From Candidatus Methylomirabilota bacterium (lineage in GTDB: Bacteria > Methylomirabilota > Methylomirabilia > Rokubacteriales > CSP1-6), in NCBI GenBank assembly GCA_035709005.1, contig DASTFB010000070.1, positions 5,223 to 69,222 of the forward strand: a stretch of 64,000 nt of DNA, read 5' to 3'. The translations under genes were made by a program, and so were the position numbers. Positions 17,661-27,500 of this stretch are shown here, piece after piece. The notes under the pieces were generated by a model that saw only the letters and a list, made by a program, of their open reading frames with translations, had not been told where the DNA came from and searched no databases. Positions within the stretch are counted from its first letter, which is position 1. Each line of letters starts with the position of its first letter.

Positions 17661-18447
17661 ATCCCTGAATAGAATATCCGCCATCCACCGGGATCGCCGC
17701 CCCCGTGATGAAGTCGGAAGCCGGGCTGGCCAGGAACACGGCCACGCCGGCGAGATCGTCGATGACCCCCCAGCGTCCGGCCGGCGTGCGTCGCAGCACG
17801 TTGTCGTTCAGCCCGGGCACCTCCTGACGCGCCCGGCGCGTGAGGTCGGTATCGATCCAGCCCGGCAGTACCGCGTTGACCTGGATGTTGTCCCGCGCCC
17901 ACGCCGCCGCCAGCGACTTGGTGAGCTGCACCATCCCGCCCTTGCTGGCGCCGTAGGCGGGCGCGAACGAGGCGCCGAAGATCGACATCATGGAACCGAC
18001 GTTGATGATCTTGCCGCCGCCGGTCTTCATCACGGGGTAGACGGCCCGGGCGAGCAGGAAGGCCGACGTGAGGTTGGTATCGAGCACCTGATGCCACTCG
18101 GCCAGGCTCAGCTCGTGCGCCGGCTTGCGGATGTTCGTGCCGGCATTGTTGACCAGGATGTCGATCCGCCCGCACTGCTCGCGGCCGGCGCGCACCAGCG
18201 CCGTCACCGACGCCTCGTCGCTGACGTCCACCGGGATCGCCAGCGCCGCTGGGCCCAGGCGGCTCAGTTCGGCCACTGCGACCCGCGACTTGTCCTGATC
18301 CCGCGCCGCCACGACGACGCGCGCGCCGGCTGCGGCCAGACCGCGCGCCATGCCCAGGCCGATTCCGCCGTTGCCCCCGGTGACCACCGCGACTCTGCCC
18401 TTGAGATCGAACACCTCCCGTCCTCCTCCAGTGAAGCCGAGTGCCAT
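17659..18447 (-). CDS. SDR-family oxidoreductase (2-deoxy-D-gluconate 3-dehydrogenase-like)
   Basis: VAVVTGGNGGIGLGMA, NNAG, YGASKGG motifs; start placed at MALGFTGG... (ORF-track start at 18489 possible). Confidence 0.8.
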   Translation of the reverse strand: MALGFTGGGREVFDLKGRVAVVTGGNGGIGLGMARGLAAAGARVVVAARDQDKSRVAVAELSRLGPAALAIPVDVSDEASVTALVRAGREQCGRIDILVNNAGTNIRKPAHELSLAEWHQVLDTNLTSAFLLARAVYPVMKTGGGKIINVGSMMSIFGASFAPAYGASKGGMVQLTKSLAAAWARDNIQVNAVLPGWIDTDLTRRARQEVPGLNDNVLRRTPAGRWGVIDDLAGVAVFLASPASDFITGAAIPVDGGYSIQG

Positions 18448-18573
18448 GTAACATCTACAGGATTCGCCGTCGATTTGCAGGTTTTCCAATGCCGCGCCGC
18501 CGACACCGAGCGCGGTTTCGTGGGTTTAGCGAGCATGGGCGCGTGGCACGCTCTCTGCAAAACGACGCCCGGC

Positions 18574-19455
18574 ATGAATATGATTCAGCACCGCCCTGTC
18601 GACACTCATGCGGCTCGCCACCTCTGGGGTGTTGTCCTCGGCGGCGGCATGGAAGCGCGACACCGAAGCGATGGCTCGTGGAGCCGTGCGGCCTCGTGTC
18701 CGACCCTGCTGATGCGCACGCTCGAGCGTGCCGCGCGGTTGATTCCCGCCGAGCGACTCGTGACCGTTCTCACTCGCGGACAGACCGTATCCTACAGCAC
18801 CGCGCCCGGCGAGCTGTCCGAGATCAACCGTGTCGTGCAGCCTGCGTGGCGCGGCACAGCCGCCGAGGCCTACTTGCCGGTGCTGAAGATCGCCGCTACG
18901 GATCCAGAGGCGGTGGTCGCGCTGTTTCCGGGCAGTTACACCACGGACGGCGAGGGGCGCCTGATGAGCCACGTGAGTAAGGCCGTGGCCGCGGTGGCGA
19001 TCCGCCCCGACTTGCCGATCGTGCTGGGGGCCTCTCCGCCCGGCCCTGACCCGGCGTCGGCCTGGATCGAGCCTGGCCCCCCCATCGACGACCTGGAGCG
19101 TTATGCCGTCCGCGCCGTGCGGCGCTTCCTGCCCCGGCCCTCCGCGGCGGAGCTCGTGGCCCTCTGGGAGGGCGACGGCCTGGTGAACACCCGCGTCGTG
19201 ATCGCCAAGGCCCGAACCCTGATCAGGCTGGGCCACCGTTACCTGCCCGACGTCCTGGAGACGTTCGAGCCGCTGGAGACGACCTTCAGCACGCCCGAGG
19301 AAGGGCTACTCTGCGAGGCCGTGTACGAGCAGATGCCGTATGCCTCTATCACGCACGCGCTGTTCGCCCGCACGGACGACGTGGCGGTGCTCCCGGCGAC
19401 TCAGGTCAGGATGTGGCTCGACCAGCCGGCGGCCGTTCCTGCACTGGCCTCCTAG
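18574..19455 (+). CDS. sugar-phosphate nucleotidyltransferase-like protein (degenerate mannose-1-phosphate guanylyltransferase N-terminal motif)
   Basis: HLWGVVLGGGMEARHRSDGSWSRAA resembles the LxxVILAGGxGTRLWPLSR NTP-transferase motif but with substitutions at the catalytic positions; the 5' part of the ORF-track ORF is a spurious extension. Confidence 0.45.
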   Translation: MNMIQHRPVDTHAARHLWGVVLGGGMEARHRSDGSWSRAASCPTLLMRTLERAARLIPAERLVTVLTRGQTVSYSTAPGELSEINRVVQPAWRGTAAEAYLPVLKIAATDPEAVVALFPGSYTTDGEGRLMSHVSKAVAAVAIRPDLPIVLGASPPGPDPASAWIEPGPPIDDLERYAVRAVRRFLPRPSAAELVALWEGDGLVNTRVVIAKARTLIRLGHRYLPDVLETFEPLETTFSTPEEGLLCEAVYEQMPYASITHALFARTDDVAVLPATQVRMWLDQPAAVPALAS

Positions 19456-20099
19456 CCAGCCGCGGGCAGTAGAAGCGAAACCTCGGCGCCGCCTTCGGAA
19501 GGGTTGCCGAACACGAGGGCGCCGCCGTGAAGCCGCGCGACCCGCTCCGCCGTGACCAGCCCCAGCGTTGGCCGGCCGCTGCTCGCCGACACGGCGAGCC
19601 GGATCAGGGCGCGCGGGTTGGTCGTCCGTAAGCCGACGCCCCAGTCCCGCACGACGAGCGCCACCCGCCCCTCACCGACGGGCCGGAAGCTCACCTCCGG
19701 TGGCCGCCGGCCGGGGCCGGCCGCCTCCGTGGCAGCCAGGGCATTGCGGATGAGATGACTGACGGCCGAAGCCAGGAGCAACTCGTCGCCGAGGACCGTG
19801 GGCCAGGTTCCTTCGACGACGCTCACCCGCCCGGGGTGCCCCGCGTCCACCACCCGCCGGACCAGCCCGCCCAGGTCCAGGCGCGCCGGTGGCCGGAGCT
19901 CCAGCGCCATGACCGAAAAAGCGGCCGGCAGCAGCGTGGCCAGGCGGCTGGCCTCCTGGTGGATCGCTTCCAGGCTCTGCAGGGCCCCGGCGTCGCCGCG
20001 GCTCAGACGCTTGAGGACCTCCAGGTGCATCGTCAGCGCGTTGAGGGGCCCACGGAGATCGTGCAGCAGGCGATCCAGATCGTCGGGAAGCGAGCCCAT
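19452..20099 (-). CDS. sensor histidine kinase core (HisKA + HATPase_c, no sensor/TM domain)
   Basis: ...LLHDLRGPLNAL... H-box and an N/G-box region ...LIRNALAAT...DWGVGL...; start overlaps the NtrC-family regulator stop. Confidence 0.7.
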   Translation of the reverse strand: MGSLPDDLDRLLHDLRGPLNALTMHLEVLKRLSRGDAGALQSLEAIHQEASRLATLLPAAFSVMALELRPPARLDLGGLVRRVVDAGHPGRVSVVEGTWPTVLGDELLLASAVSHLIRNALAATEAAGPGRRPPEVSFRPVGEGRVALVVRDWGVGLRTTNPRALIRLAVSASSGRPTLGLVTAERVARLHGGALVFGNPSEGGAEVSLLLPAAG

Positions 20100-21511
20100 C
20101 AGGTGATGCGCGCCGACTTCACCGCCTGGATGCCGTATTTGGCCAGCTTGTTGTACAGCGTCTTGAGGCTGATGCCGAGCAGGGCCGCGGCCCGGCGCTT
20201 GTCCTGATTGGTTTCCTGCAGTGCCCGCAGGATGAGCTCCCGCTCCATCTCGCGAATGGGGACGATTGATCCGCTCGAGGGCGGCCGGGGCGGCTCCGTG
20301 CTCCGGAGCACATTGTCGGGCAGATGCTCGGTGCCGATGAGGCCGCTGCCGCCCAGGACCACGGCCCGCTGGATGACGTTGCGGAGCTCACGGACGTTGC
20401 CCGGCCAGCTGTAGCGATCCAGCACCTTCTCGGCCTCGGGGGTCAGCCCCCGCACCTGTCGGTTGTCCTGCCGATTGAACTCGTCGATGAAGGTGCGCAC
20501 CAGCAGCGGGATGTCTTCCTTGCGCTCCCGCAGCGCCGGCAAGCGGATCTGGAAGACGTTGAGGCGATAGAAGAGATCCTCCCGCAGCTGGCCCTGCGCC
20601 ATGGCCTCCGTAGGCACCCGGTTCGTCGCCGCGATCACCCGGACGTCGACCTGGATCTCCGTCTTCCCGCCCACCCGCCGGAAGTTGCCCTCCTGGAGGA
20701 CCCGGAGCAGCTTGGCCTGGGTGGAGTTGTCCATCTCGGCGATCTCGTCGAGGAACAGGCTGCCCGTGTCGGCCAGCTCGAAGCACCCCAGGCGCCGCTC
20801 GCTGGCGCCCGTGAAGGCACCCCGCTCGTGACCGAACAGCTCGCTCTCGATCAACGTCTCCGGGATGGCCGCGCAGTTGATCGCCACGAAGGGCTTGTTG
20901 CGGCGACTGGACAGGTCGTGGATGGTTCGGGCCACCAGCTCCTTGCCGGTACCGCTGTCGCCGAAGACCAGCACCGGCGCCGTGCTGGTGGCGGCCAGCT
21001 CGATCCAGCGGTAGACCTCCTGCATGCCCTTGGACTGCCCGACCAGCTGCCCGAAGCTGCCCTTCTGGCGGAGCTGATGGCGCAGGAAGTTCACCTCCCG
21101 CGACAGCGACTCCTGCTCGATGGACTTCTCGAGCAGCACCTGCAGCCGGGTGGCGTCGACCGGCTTCGTCAGGTAGTCGAACGCCCCGTGGCGCATCGCT
21201 TCCACCGCGCTCTCCACGGTGCCGTGCCCCGTGACCAGCAACACGATCGGCGGCCGCCCGGTCTCCTTGAGCTTCTGGAGCAGGGTGAGCCCATCCATCT
21301 CGGGCAGGACGAGGTCGGTCAGGACGACCGCCGGATGCTGGGTCTCGACCAGGTTCAGCGCCTCTTCCCCGGAGGACGCCGTCTCGACCTCGTACCCCCA
21401 TTGGCCGACGAGGCGGGCCAGACCCTCACGCTCGGCTGGCTCGTCGTCGACGACCAGAACCTTGCCGCTTCTGGTCTGCTCACGTCGCGTCGGGCTCACT
21501 GTCTCCCCCAC
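20099..21511 (-). CDS. sigma-54-dependent response regulator (NtrC family: REC + AAA+ + Fis-type HTH)
   Basis: KVLVVDDEP...DLVLPEMDG (REC), ...VLVFGDSGTGKELVA...GAFTGA... (sigma-54 interaction), C-terminal HTH. Start placed at the GTG at 21511 because the 5' extension to 21727 is Arg-rich low-complexity and overlaps the BON gene. Confidence 0.8.
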   Translation of the reverse strand: MGETVSPTRREQTRSGKVLVVDDEPAEREGLARLVGQWGYEVETASSGEEALNLVETQHPAVVLTDLVLPEMDGLTLLQKLKETGRPPIVLLVTGHGTVESAVEAMRHGAFDYLTKPVDATRLQVLLEKSIEQESLSREVNFLRHQLRQKGSFGQLVGQSKGMQEVYRWIELAATSTAPVLVFGDSGTGKELVARTIHDLSSRRNKPFVAINCAAIPETLIESELFGHERGAFTGASERRLGCFELADTGSLFLDEIAEMDNSTQAKLLRVLQEGNFRRVGGKTEIQVDVRVIAATNRVPTEAMAQGQLREDLFYRLNVFQIRLPALRERKEDIPLLVRTFIDEFNRQDNRQVRGLTPEAEKVLDRYSWPGNVRELRNVIQRAVVLGGSGLIGTEHLPDNVLRSTEPPRPPSSGSIVPIREMERELILRALQETNQDKRRAAALLGISLKTLYNKLAKYGIQAVKSARIT

Positions 21512-21531
21512 GAGCGGCTGCTGAAAGAGCC

Positions 21532-21568
21532 GTCGCGGCGCGGGGCCAACGAGACCCCGCGCCGCGAC
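21532..21568 (-). terminator. strong GC hairpin terminator (14-bp stem gtcgcggcgcgggg / ccccgcgccgcgac)
   Basis: Perfect 14-bp inverted repeat 20 nt 3' of the BON-lipoprotein stop. Confidence 0.5.
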
Positions 21569-21590
21569 CAACGAGAGCTTCCCCCCGGGC

Positions 21591-21902
21591 TTATTTGCGT
21601 TGGACCTGCAGGTTGTTGACGACGGCCTTGACGCCGCCCGCCTGCCACGCGAGCTGTTCGGCCCGGGTCTTCTGCTCCGGCGTCTCGACAGTACCGTTAA
21701 GGTAAACAGTGCCGTTGTTGGTGTCAACGTCGACGCGGGTGAGATTCGCGGCCTTGTCCGCGACCAGCTTGGACTTCACCGACGCCGTGATGCTGGCGTC
21801 GTCTATGGTCTGACCCGTCGTCTTCCCGGTCATGGCGCGGCATCCGCTGAGCAGCGACAGGATGACGGCGACCACTGCGAGAGTCTTGAACGCACGTCCC
21901 AT
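21591..21902 (-). CDS. BON-domain (OsmY-like) lipoprotein
   Basis: Lipobox ...LSLLSGC followed by a BON-like ...VKSKLVAD...LTRVDVDTNNGTVYLNGTVE... segment. Confidence 0.7.
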   Translation of the reverse strand: MGRAFKTLAVVAVILSLLSGCRAMTGKTTGQTIDDASITASVKSKLVADKAANLTRVDVDTNNGTVYLNGTVETPEQKTRAEQLAWQAGGVKAVVNNLQVQRK

Positions 21903-21948
21903 TGCGATCTCCTACTCTGAGTGAATGTTCACACACATAGCGCGACGA

Positions 21949-22299
21949 TCAGGCCGCCCGCCGGGTGCCTTCCCGGTTGGCCTGGCAGCCCACGCAGCGA
22001 ATCGCGAACGGCATCACACGCAGCCGGGCCGGAGCGATGGTCTCGCCACAGTCCCGGCAGATGCCATAGCGGCCGGACTCGATGTCTTCCAGCGCGGAGT
22101 TGACTTCCTGCAGCTCACGGGCACGCCGGTCGACGACCGCCGCCGTGACCTCGCCGTCGTGGGTCAGCCAGGCGCTTCCGTAAGGATCCTTCAGGACCTC
22201 ACGGCTGTTGTCGCTATCGCGCGCCGAGCCCATGCTGGACTGGATCGCGTTATTCAACGCCTGCCGTTTCCGCTCCAGGTCACGTTTCACCGTTCGCAT
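21949..22299 (-). CDS. DksA/TraR-family C4-type zinc-finger protein
   Basis: C-terminal CRDCGETI...CVGC four-cysteine zinc finger with a coiled-coil N-terminus. Confidence 0.75.
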   Translation of the reverse strand: MRTVKRDLERKRQALNNAIQSSMGSARDSDNSREVLKDPYGSAWLTHDGEVTAAVVDRRARELQEVNSALEDIESGRYGICRDCGETIAPARLRVMPFAIRCVGCQANREGTRRAA

Positions 22300-22571
22300 C
22301 GGTCCGTCCTCCTCCGTCTCCGTGCCACTCTACACAGGCAGGTGCCGTGCCAACCGTACGCGCCCCTGCGTTGTTGCGGATTTTTGGAACACAACGCGGC
22401 GCCCCGCCGCTGGCCGCACCCTCGGCCCGTGAAAGTCCTACCATCAAATTAAGGAATAATTTTCAATCGGTCCCCTATCGGCCGCCCATAAGTTCAATCG
22501 GCGATGCGCGCGCTGGCATGCCCGCTGCACCGGCAGATCCCCGAGCGATCACGTATCGAGGGAGATCACGG

Positions 22572-22757
22572 ATGAATCACGCCATGGTCATAGATGCCAG
22601 GACAGGCTTCCCGGTTGCAGCGCGATGGCTGTTCAAGCGCGACCATCCCCGAGCCATCGACCGATACATCGACTACTTCGGGGGCATCGCCGAGGGCAGA
22701 ACCGTCGATCCCGGCGGCGAAGCCCTTCTCGAGAGCCTCGAGGAGGTGGGGTCATGA
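22572..22757 (+). CDS. hypothetical small protein (61 aa)
   Basis: GGGAG SD 6 nt upstream of ATG; stop overlaps the start of the M48 peptidase (ATGA). No family assignment. Confidence 0.3.
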   Translation: MNHAMVIDARTGFPVAARWLFKRDHPRAIDRYIDYFGGIAEGRTVDPGGEALLESLEEVGS

Positions 22758-23428
22758 GGATCCCCCGCCTGAGCGCGGTTGCCCTGGCGGCGTGCCTGAC
22801 CGCGGCATGCGCGGGAGCAACCAGCGCCCCCCAGCCGGCGCCCAGCCCCCGGCCCCAGAGCTCGACCACGAGCCGGCCCCTCGATCAGGCCCAGGCCCAA
22901 CGGCTGCAGCGTGTGATGGTGCCGCTCATCCGCGCCATGGACAACAAGCGGTCCCTCGACCAGGTCCGAGTGGGCATCGTTGACAATGGCCAGATCAACG
23001 CCGCGAACGCGGGCGGGGGTGAGTTCTACGTGACGACCGGTCTGCTGCAGAAGGCCAACGAGGAGCAGCTTCAGGCCATCCTGGCCCACGAGGTGGCCCA
23101 TGACGACCTGGGTCACGTGGCCAAGGCCCAGGTCCTGGGCACCGGCCTCAACATCGGCGTCATGATCCTCGACCAGCTCTTTCCGGGCAGCGCCGCCATC
23201 ACGCCGATCGCCGGCCAGCTCATCGCCCGCGGATACAGCCGGAACGAGGAGTACGCCGCCGATCGCCACGGGGTAGAGCTCCTGCGGCGGATCGGCAAGC
23301 CCAAGGAGCAGATGATCGAGACCCTGACCTGGCTCCAGGAGACTGCAGGCGCCAGCGGCGAGGGCGGGTTCTTCGCGACTCACCCGGCCACGGGCGACCG
23401 GATCGAGGCGTTGCGGCAGATCAACTGA
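22754..23428 (+). CDS. M48-family zinc metallopeptidase lipoprotein
   Basis: MRIPRLSAVALAACLTAAC lipoprotein signal; HEVAHDDLGH matches the HExxH motif. Confidence 0.75.
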   Translation: MRIPRLSAVALAACLTAACAGATSAPQPAPSPRPQSSTTSRPLDQAQAQRLQRVMVPLIRAMDNKRSLDQVRVGIVDNGQINAANAGGGEFYVTTGLLQKANEEQLQAILAHEVAHDDLGHVAKAQVLGTGLNIGVMILDQLFPGSAAITPIAGQLIARGYSRNEEYAADRHGVELLRRIGKPKEQMIETLTWLQETAGASGEGGFFATHPATGDRIEALRQIN

Positions 23429-23440
23429 CGCCGCGGCTGG

Positions 23441-24370
23441 CTAGCCGCGGCGTCGCTCCTGGGCGCGCCGCACCCGGGCGCTTCCCAGCAGGGCACCCAG
23501 CGATTGCCGGGCGGCGAGGAACCCGGCCAGCGGATCCCCCTGGGCGAGCAGGCGCTGGCGAGCGTTGCGCAGATGGAAATCCTCAGGATAGATGCCCTGC
23601 TCGAGCTCCCGCCACTCCAGGGGCGCAGAGATGGCGGCGCCCGCATACTCCCGGACCGAGTACGGGCTCACCAGGGTGGCTCCCCGCCGGTTGCGCAGCA
23701 CGTCGATCAGGATCTTGCCGCGGCGGCGGGCCCGCCGCATGTCGAAGGTGAAGAGCGAGGGCTCCCGCTGGCGGGCCATGCGGGTGATCACCGAGGCCGC
23801 AGTCAGCACCTGATCGTAACTGTACACGGGCTCCAGGGGCACCATGACGTGCAGGCCGCGCCCGCCGGAGGTCTTGACCCAGCTGCGGATCTTGAAGCCG
23901 GCCAGAAGGCTCCGCACCAGCATGGCGGCGTTGCGGACCTCGCGAAAGGCGATCTCCGTGGGATCGATGTCGAACAGCATCACGTCGGGACGATCGATGG
24001 CCTGCACCGCCGACGCCCAGGGATGAAAGGAGATGTAGCCCAGGTTGACGAGGTAGGCCAGGGCGGCCCGCTCCCGGCCGATGAGATAGTCGGCGTAGCC
24101 CTGGGCGGTCTGGTCGCTGCGGATCCGCCGGGTAGTGATCCACGATGGCAGGCCGGGAGGCGCCGCCCGCTGGTAGACGTACTCACCGCTGTCCAGAGCC
24201 CGGAGCAGGCTGAATGGCCGGTCGACCAGGAATGGCATGAGGTGGTCGGCCATGTCCAGGTAGTAGCCGAGCAGATCCTCCTTGGTGACTCTGTCTTCCG
24301 GCCACAGGAGCGCCTCGGGGTTTGTGAACAGGATCCGACGGCCGTCGATCTCTTCGACACGCGTGCTCAT
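23441..24370 (-). CDS. non-homologous end-joining DNA polymerase domain protein (LigD PolDom / primase-polymerase)
   Basis: ...ILFTNPEALLWPEDRVTKEDLLGYY... and ...FDIDP... are LigD polymerase-domain signatures; stand-alone ~310 aa. Confidence 0.8.
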   Translation of the reverse strand: MSTRVEEIDGRRILFTNPEALLWPEDRVTKEDLLGYYLDMADHLMPFLVDRPFSLLRALDSGEYVYQRAAPPGLPSWITTRRIRSDQTAQGYADYLIGRERAALAYLVNLGYISFHPWASAVQAIDRPDVMLFDIDPTEIAFREVRNAAMLVRSLLAGFKIRSWVKTSGGRGLHVMVPLEPVYSYDQVLTAASVITRMARQREPSLFTFDMRRARRRGKILIDVLRNRRGATLVSPYSVREYAGAAISAPLEWRELEQGIYPEDFHLRNARQRLLAQGDPLAGFLAARQSLGALLGSARVRRAQERRRG

Positions 24371-24544
24371 CGCCCCCCCTGCCGCCACCCCTCGCCTGCT
24401 CCGGGGACGCCCGAGGAGGGTTCGGCGAGGAATAGGAGCCGACGTGCCTGCATCTGTTGCGTGAAGCAAGCAATTCAATTGCCACGTCTGGCGGGGGGGT
24501 GGGAAAACGAGTTCTCAGTGTTACCGGTCGGATCGAGCGCCGGG

Positions 24545-27500
24545 TCAGCCGAAGTCGTGCGACGGCACGGCGCCGCCGGGTCCCTGCAGGGGCCGGACCC
24601 GCCGCGCGCGGACGGAAACGACGCCGTCCTGGGTCTGGAGGATCCCGTCCACGAGAAGGTAGGGCGCGGCGACGAGCACGAGGCGGTGTCGCTCGAACAG
24701 TTGCGGGGTCACGATCACGTTGGCGATGCCCGTCTCGTCCTCCAGGGAAAGAAAGACGAATCCCTTGGCGGTGCCCGGGCGTTGCCGCACGATCACGCTG
24801 CCGGCCACCCGCACAACACGTCCATGGGCGACCCGGGCCAGGTCGCCGGCCCGGACGATTCCCTGGCGCGCCAGCGTCGAGCGCAGCAGGGCCAGGGGAT
24901 GGGGCCCGAGGGTCACGCCGGTGCCCGCGTAATCAGCGTCCAGACGCTCGGCCACGCTCATCTCCGGGAGCGGGCTCGGCTCGGTGGACGGCTCGGCGGC
25001 TTGCAGCAGCCCCGGAAGCACCGGGCGGGCGGCCTGCCAGAGCGCCGCCCGCCGCGTGCCGTTCAGGGCGTCGAGCGCCCCCGTGGCGGCCAGCGCGGTC
25101 AGCTCGTCGCGCTCGAGACCGGCCCGCCGGGCGAGGTCGGCGAGTGAAGCGAATGGGCGCTCGCCGCGCGCCCGGGCGATGGCCCGCCCGGCGCTCTCGC
25201 GCAATCCCTTCACGTAGCGGAGGCCTAGTCTGATTTTGAACAGGGCACGGGCACCCGGCCGGGGGAGTCCCGAGGGGGGCGTAGCCCCCTTCGGTTGAAA
25301 GTCGCCACGCCCGTGCCCCGCCGCAATCTCACCCGGCGCTGGTTTTCCTGCCCGATCAGAGTCCCGATCATCGGTCTCGGTCTCGATCGCACACAACCAG
25401 TCGGAGCGGGTGATGTCGATCGGGTGGATCGTCAGGCCGTGACGCTGGGCGTCTTTGATGATCGTGGCGGCGTGATAGAAGCCCATCGGCTGGTTGTTGA
25501 GCAGCGCGGCGTAGAATGCGGCCGGATGGTGAGCCTTGAGATAGGCGCTAGCGTAGGCCAGCAGGGCGAAGCTGGACGCGTGCGAGTTGTGGACCACGAG
25601 GTCGTTGGCGAGAAAGTTGTGGTCGCCCTCGATCTCGAGATCATAGGTGGCTCGGACGCCGACCGGCGCGATGGCGACGATCCGATCCCAGCCGAGCGAC
25701 CCGATCCGCTGATGGCGCGGCCGGCCTGTACCTCCGACCGACGGTAATGTCCGCGCGGCGGCGATATGCTCGCCGATGCCGAGGGTGGCCAGCGGGCGCC
25801 ATCCGGTCGCGGTGAGCAAAGGATGCTCGGCCGTGGCCATGATCTCTCGGCCCTGCGCGGTACGGAGCCGGTAGACCATCCGGGGCCCGCTCGACCTGGC
25901 CTCGAGCACGCGCCGACGGCTCAGACGCAGGCCCGGGGCACAGGCGAGCGTGCTGGCCAGCCGGACTTTGCCGTTCGCGACATCCTCGATCGTGATCCAC
26001 CGCCCGGTGTCGGCGTCCATCACGCGTGTCCCGCCCGCGACACATTCGGGGAAGCCGTACAGCGCGAACGCCGTGATGGCGTGCGCGATCTGGTCGGCAG
26101 CGACGCCGGTGATGCCCCGGGTGGCCATTCCCGCCCGGAGCTTCTGCTCCACCTCGGCCATCCGCCGCTCGCTGCGCTTGAAGCCGAAGGCCCGGCGGAG
26201 CTCCTCGGCTTCGGTGCCGGTGAAGCCGGCGGCCACCATGGCCATCCGGAGCAATTGCTCCTGGAAGAGGGGCACGCCCAGCGTGCGCTCGAGGATGGGC
26301 TCCAGGCTCGGGTGCGGATAACTGACGGGCTCGCGTCCGCGCCGCCGGCGGATGTAGGGATGCACCATGTCGCCCACGATGGGGCCGGGACGGATGATGG
26401 CGACCTGGACGACGAGGTCGTAGAACCGCTCGGGGCTGATGCGGGGAAGCGTGGCCATCTGGGCCCGGCTCTCCACCTGAAAGACGCCGATCGTGTCGGC
26501 CCGCTGCAGCATCGCGTAAACGGTGCGATCGTCCGGCGGCAGGTGCCCCAGATCGATGTCGGCGCCGGTTTCCCGCACGATCGCGATCGCCTCCTGGAGC
26601 ACGGACATCATCCGCAGGCCGAGCAGATCGATCTTGATGATGCCCAGCGCCGCGCAGTCATCCTTGTCCCACTGGATCACGACGCGCCCCGGCATGGTGG
26701 CCGGCTCGAGGGGCACCACGTCGTCGAGCCGGCCGGCGGCGATGACCATCCCGCCCGAATGCTGGCCGAGGTGACGGGGCAGATCTTGCAGCCGTGTCCA
26801 CAGCGCGGCGAAGGCGCGGATCCGCGGATGGCGCGGGTCGCACCCCGCTTCGGCCAGGTGCCGGGTGAGCAGATCGTTGGGGTCCTGATAGCCCCAGTTG
26901 GGGGCCAGCCGGGCCAGGCGATCCTGGAACTCGGCCGGCAGCCCCAGGGCCTTGGCCACCTCCCGGGCCGCGCTGCGGCCCCGATAGGTGATCACGTTGG
27001 CGGTCATGCCGGCGCCCAGCCGGCCGTAGCGGCGGTACACGTACTGGATCACCGCCTCCCGGCGCTCGACACTGGGCAGATCCATGTCGATGTCGGGCCA
27101 CTCGCCGCGCGCCTCCGAGAGGAAGCGCTCGAACAGGAGGTCCATGCCGACGGGATCGACGGCGGTGATGCCGAGCGCGTAGCACACGGCGCTGTTGGCC
27201 GCCGAGCCCCGCCCCTGCACCAGGATGTCGTGGGTGCGGCAGTACTCGATGATGTCCCAGACGATCAGGAAGTAGCCGGCGAGGTCGAGCCGGCCGATGA
27301 TGTCGAGCTCGTGATCGACCTGCCGGCGGGCCCGCGCGGCCAGCCGACCGCGGCCGTAGCGCTGCCGGACGCCGGCGTCCACGAGCCGGCGCAAGTGCGC
27401 CGGGGCGGTCTCACCGGGCGGCAGCGGAAAGTCGGGGAACCGGTAGCCGAGGTCCTTCAGCGTGAAGCCCAGGCGCAGGGCCAGCTCGCCGCTCTGGTGG

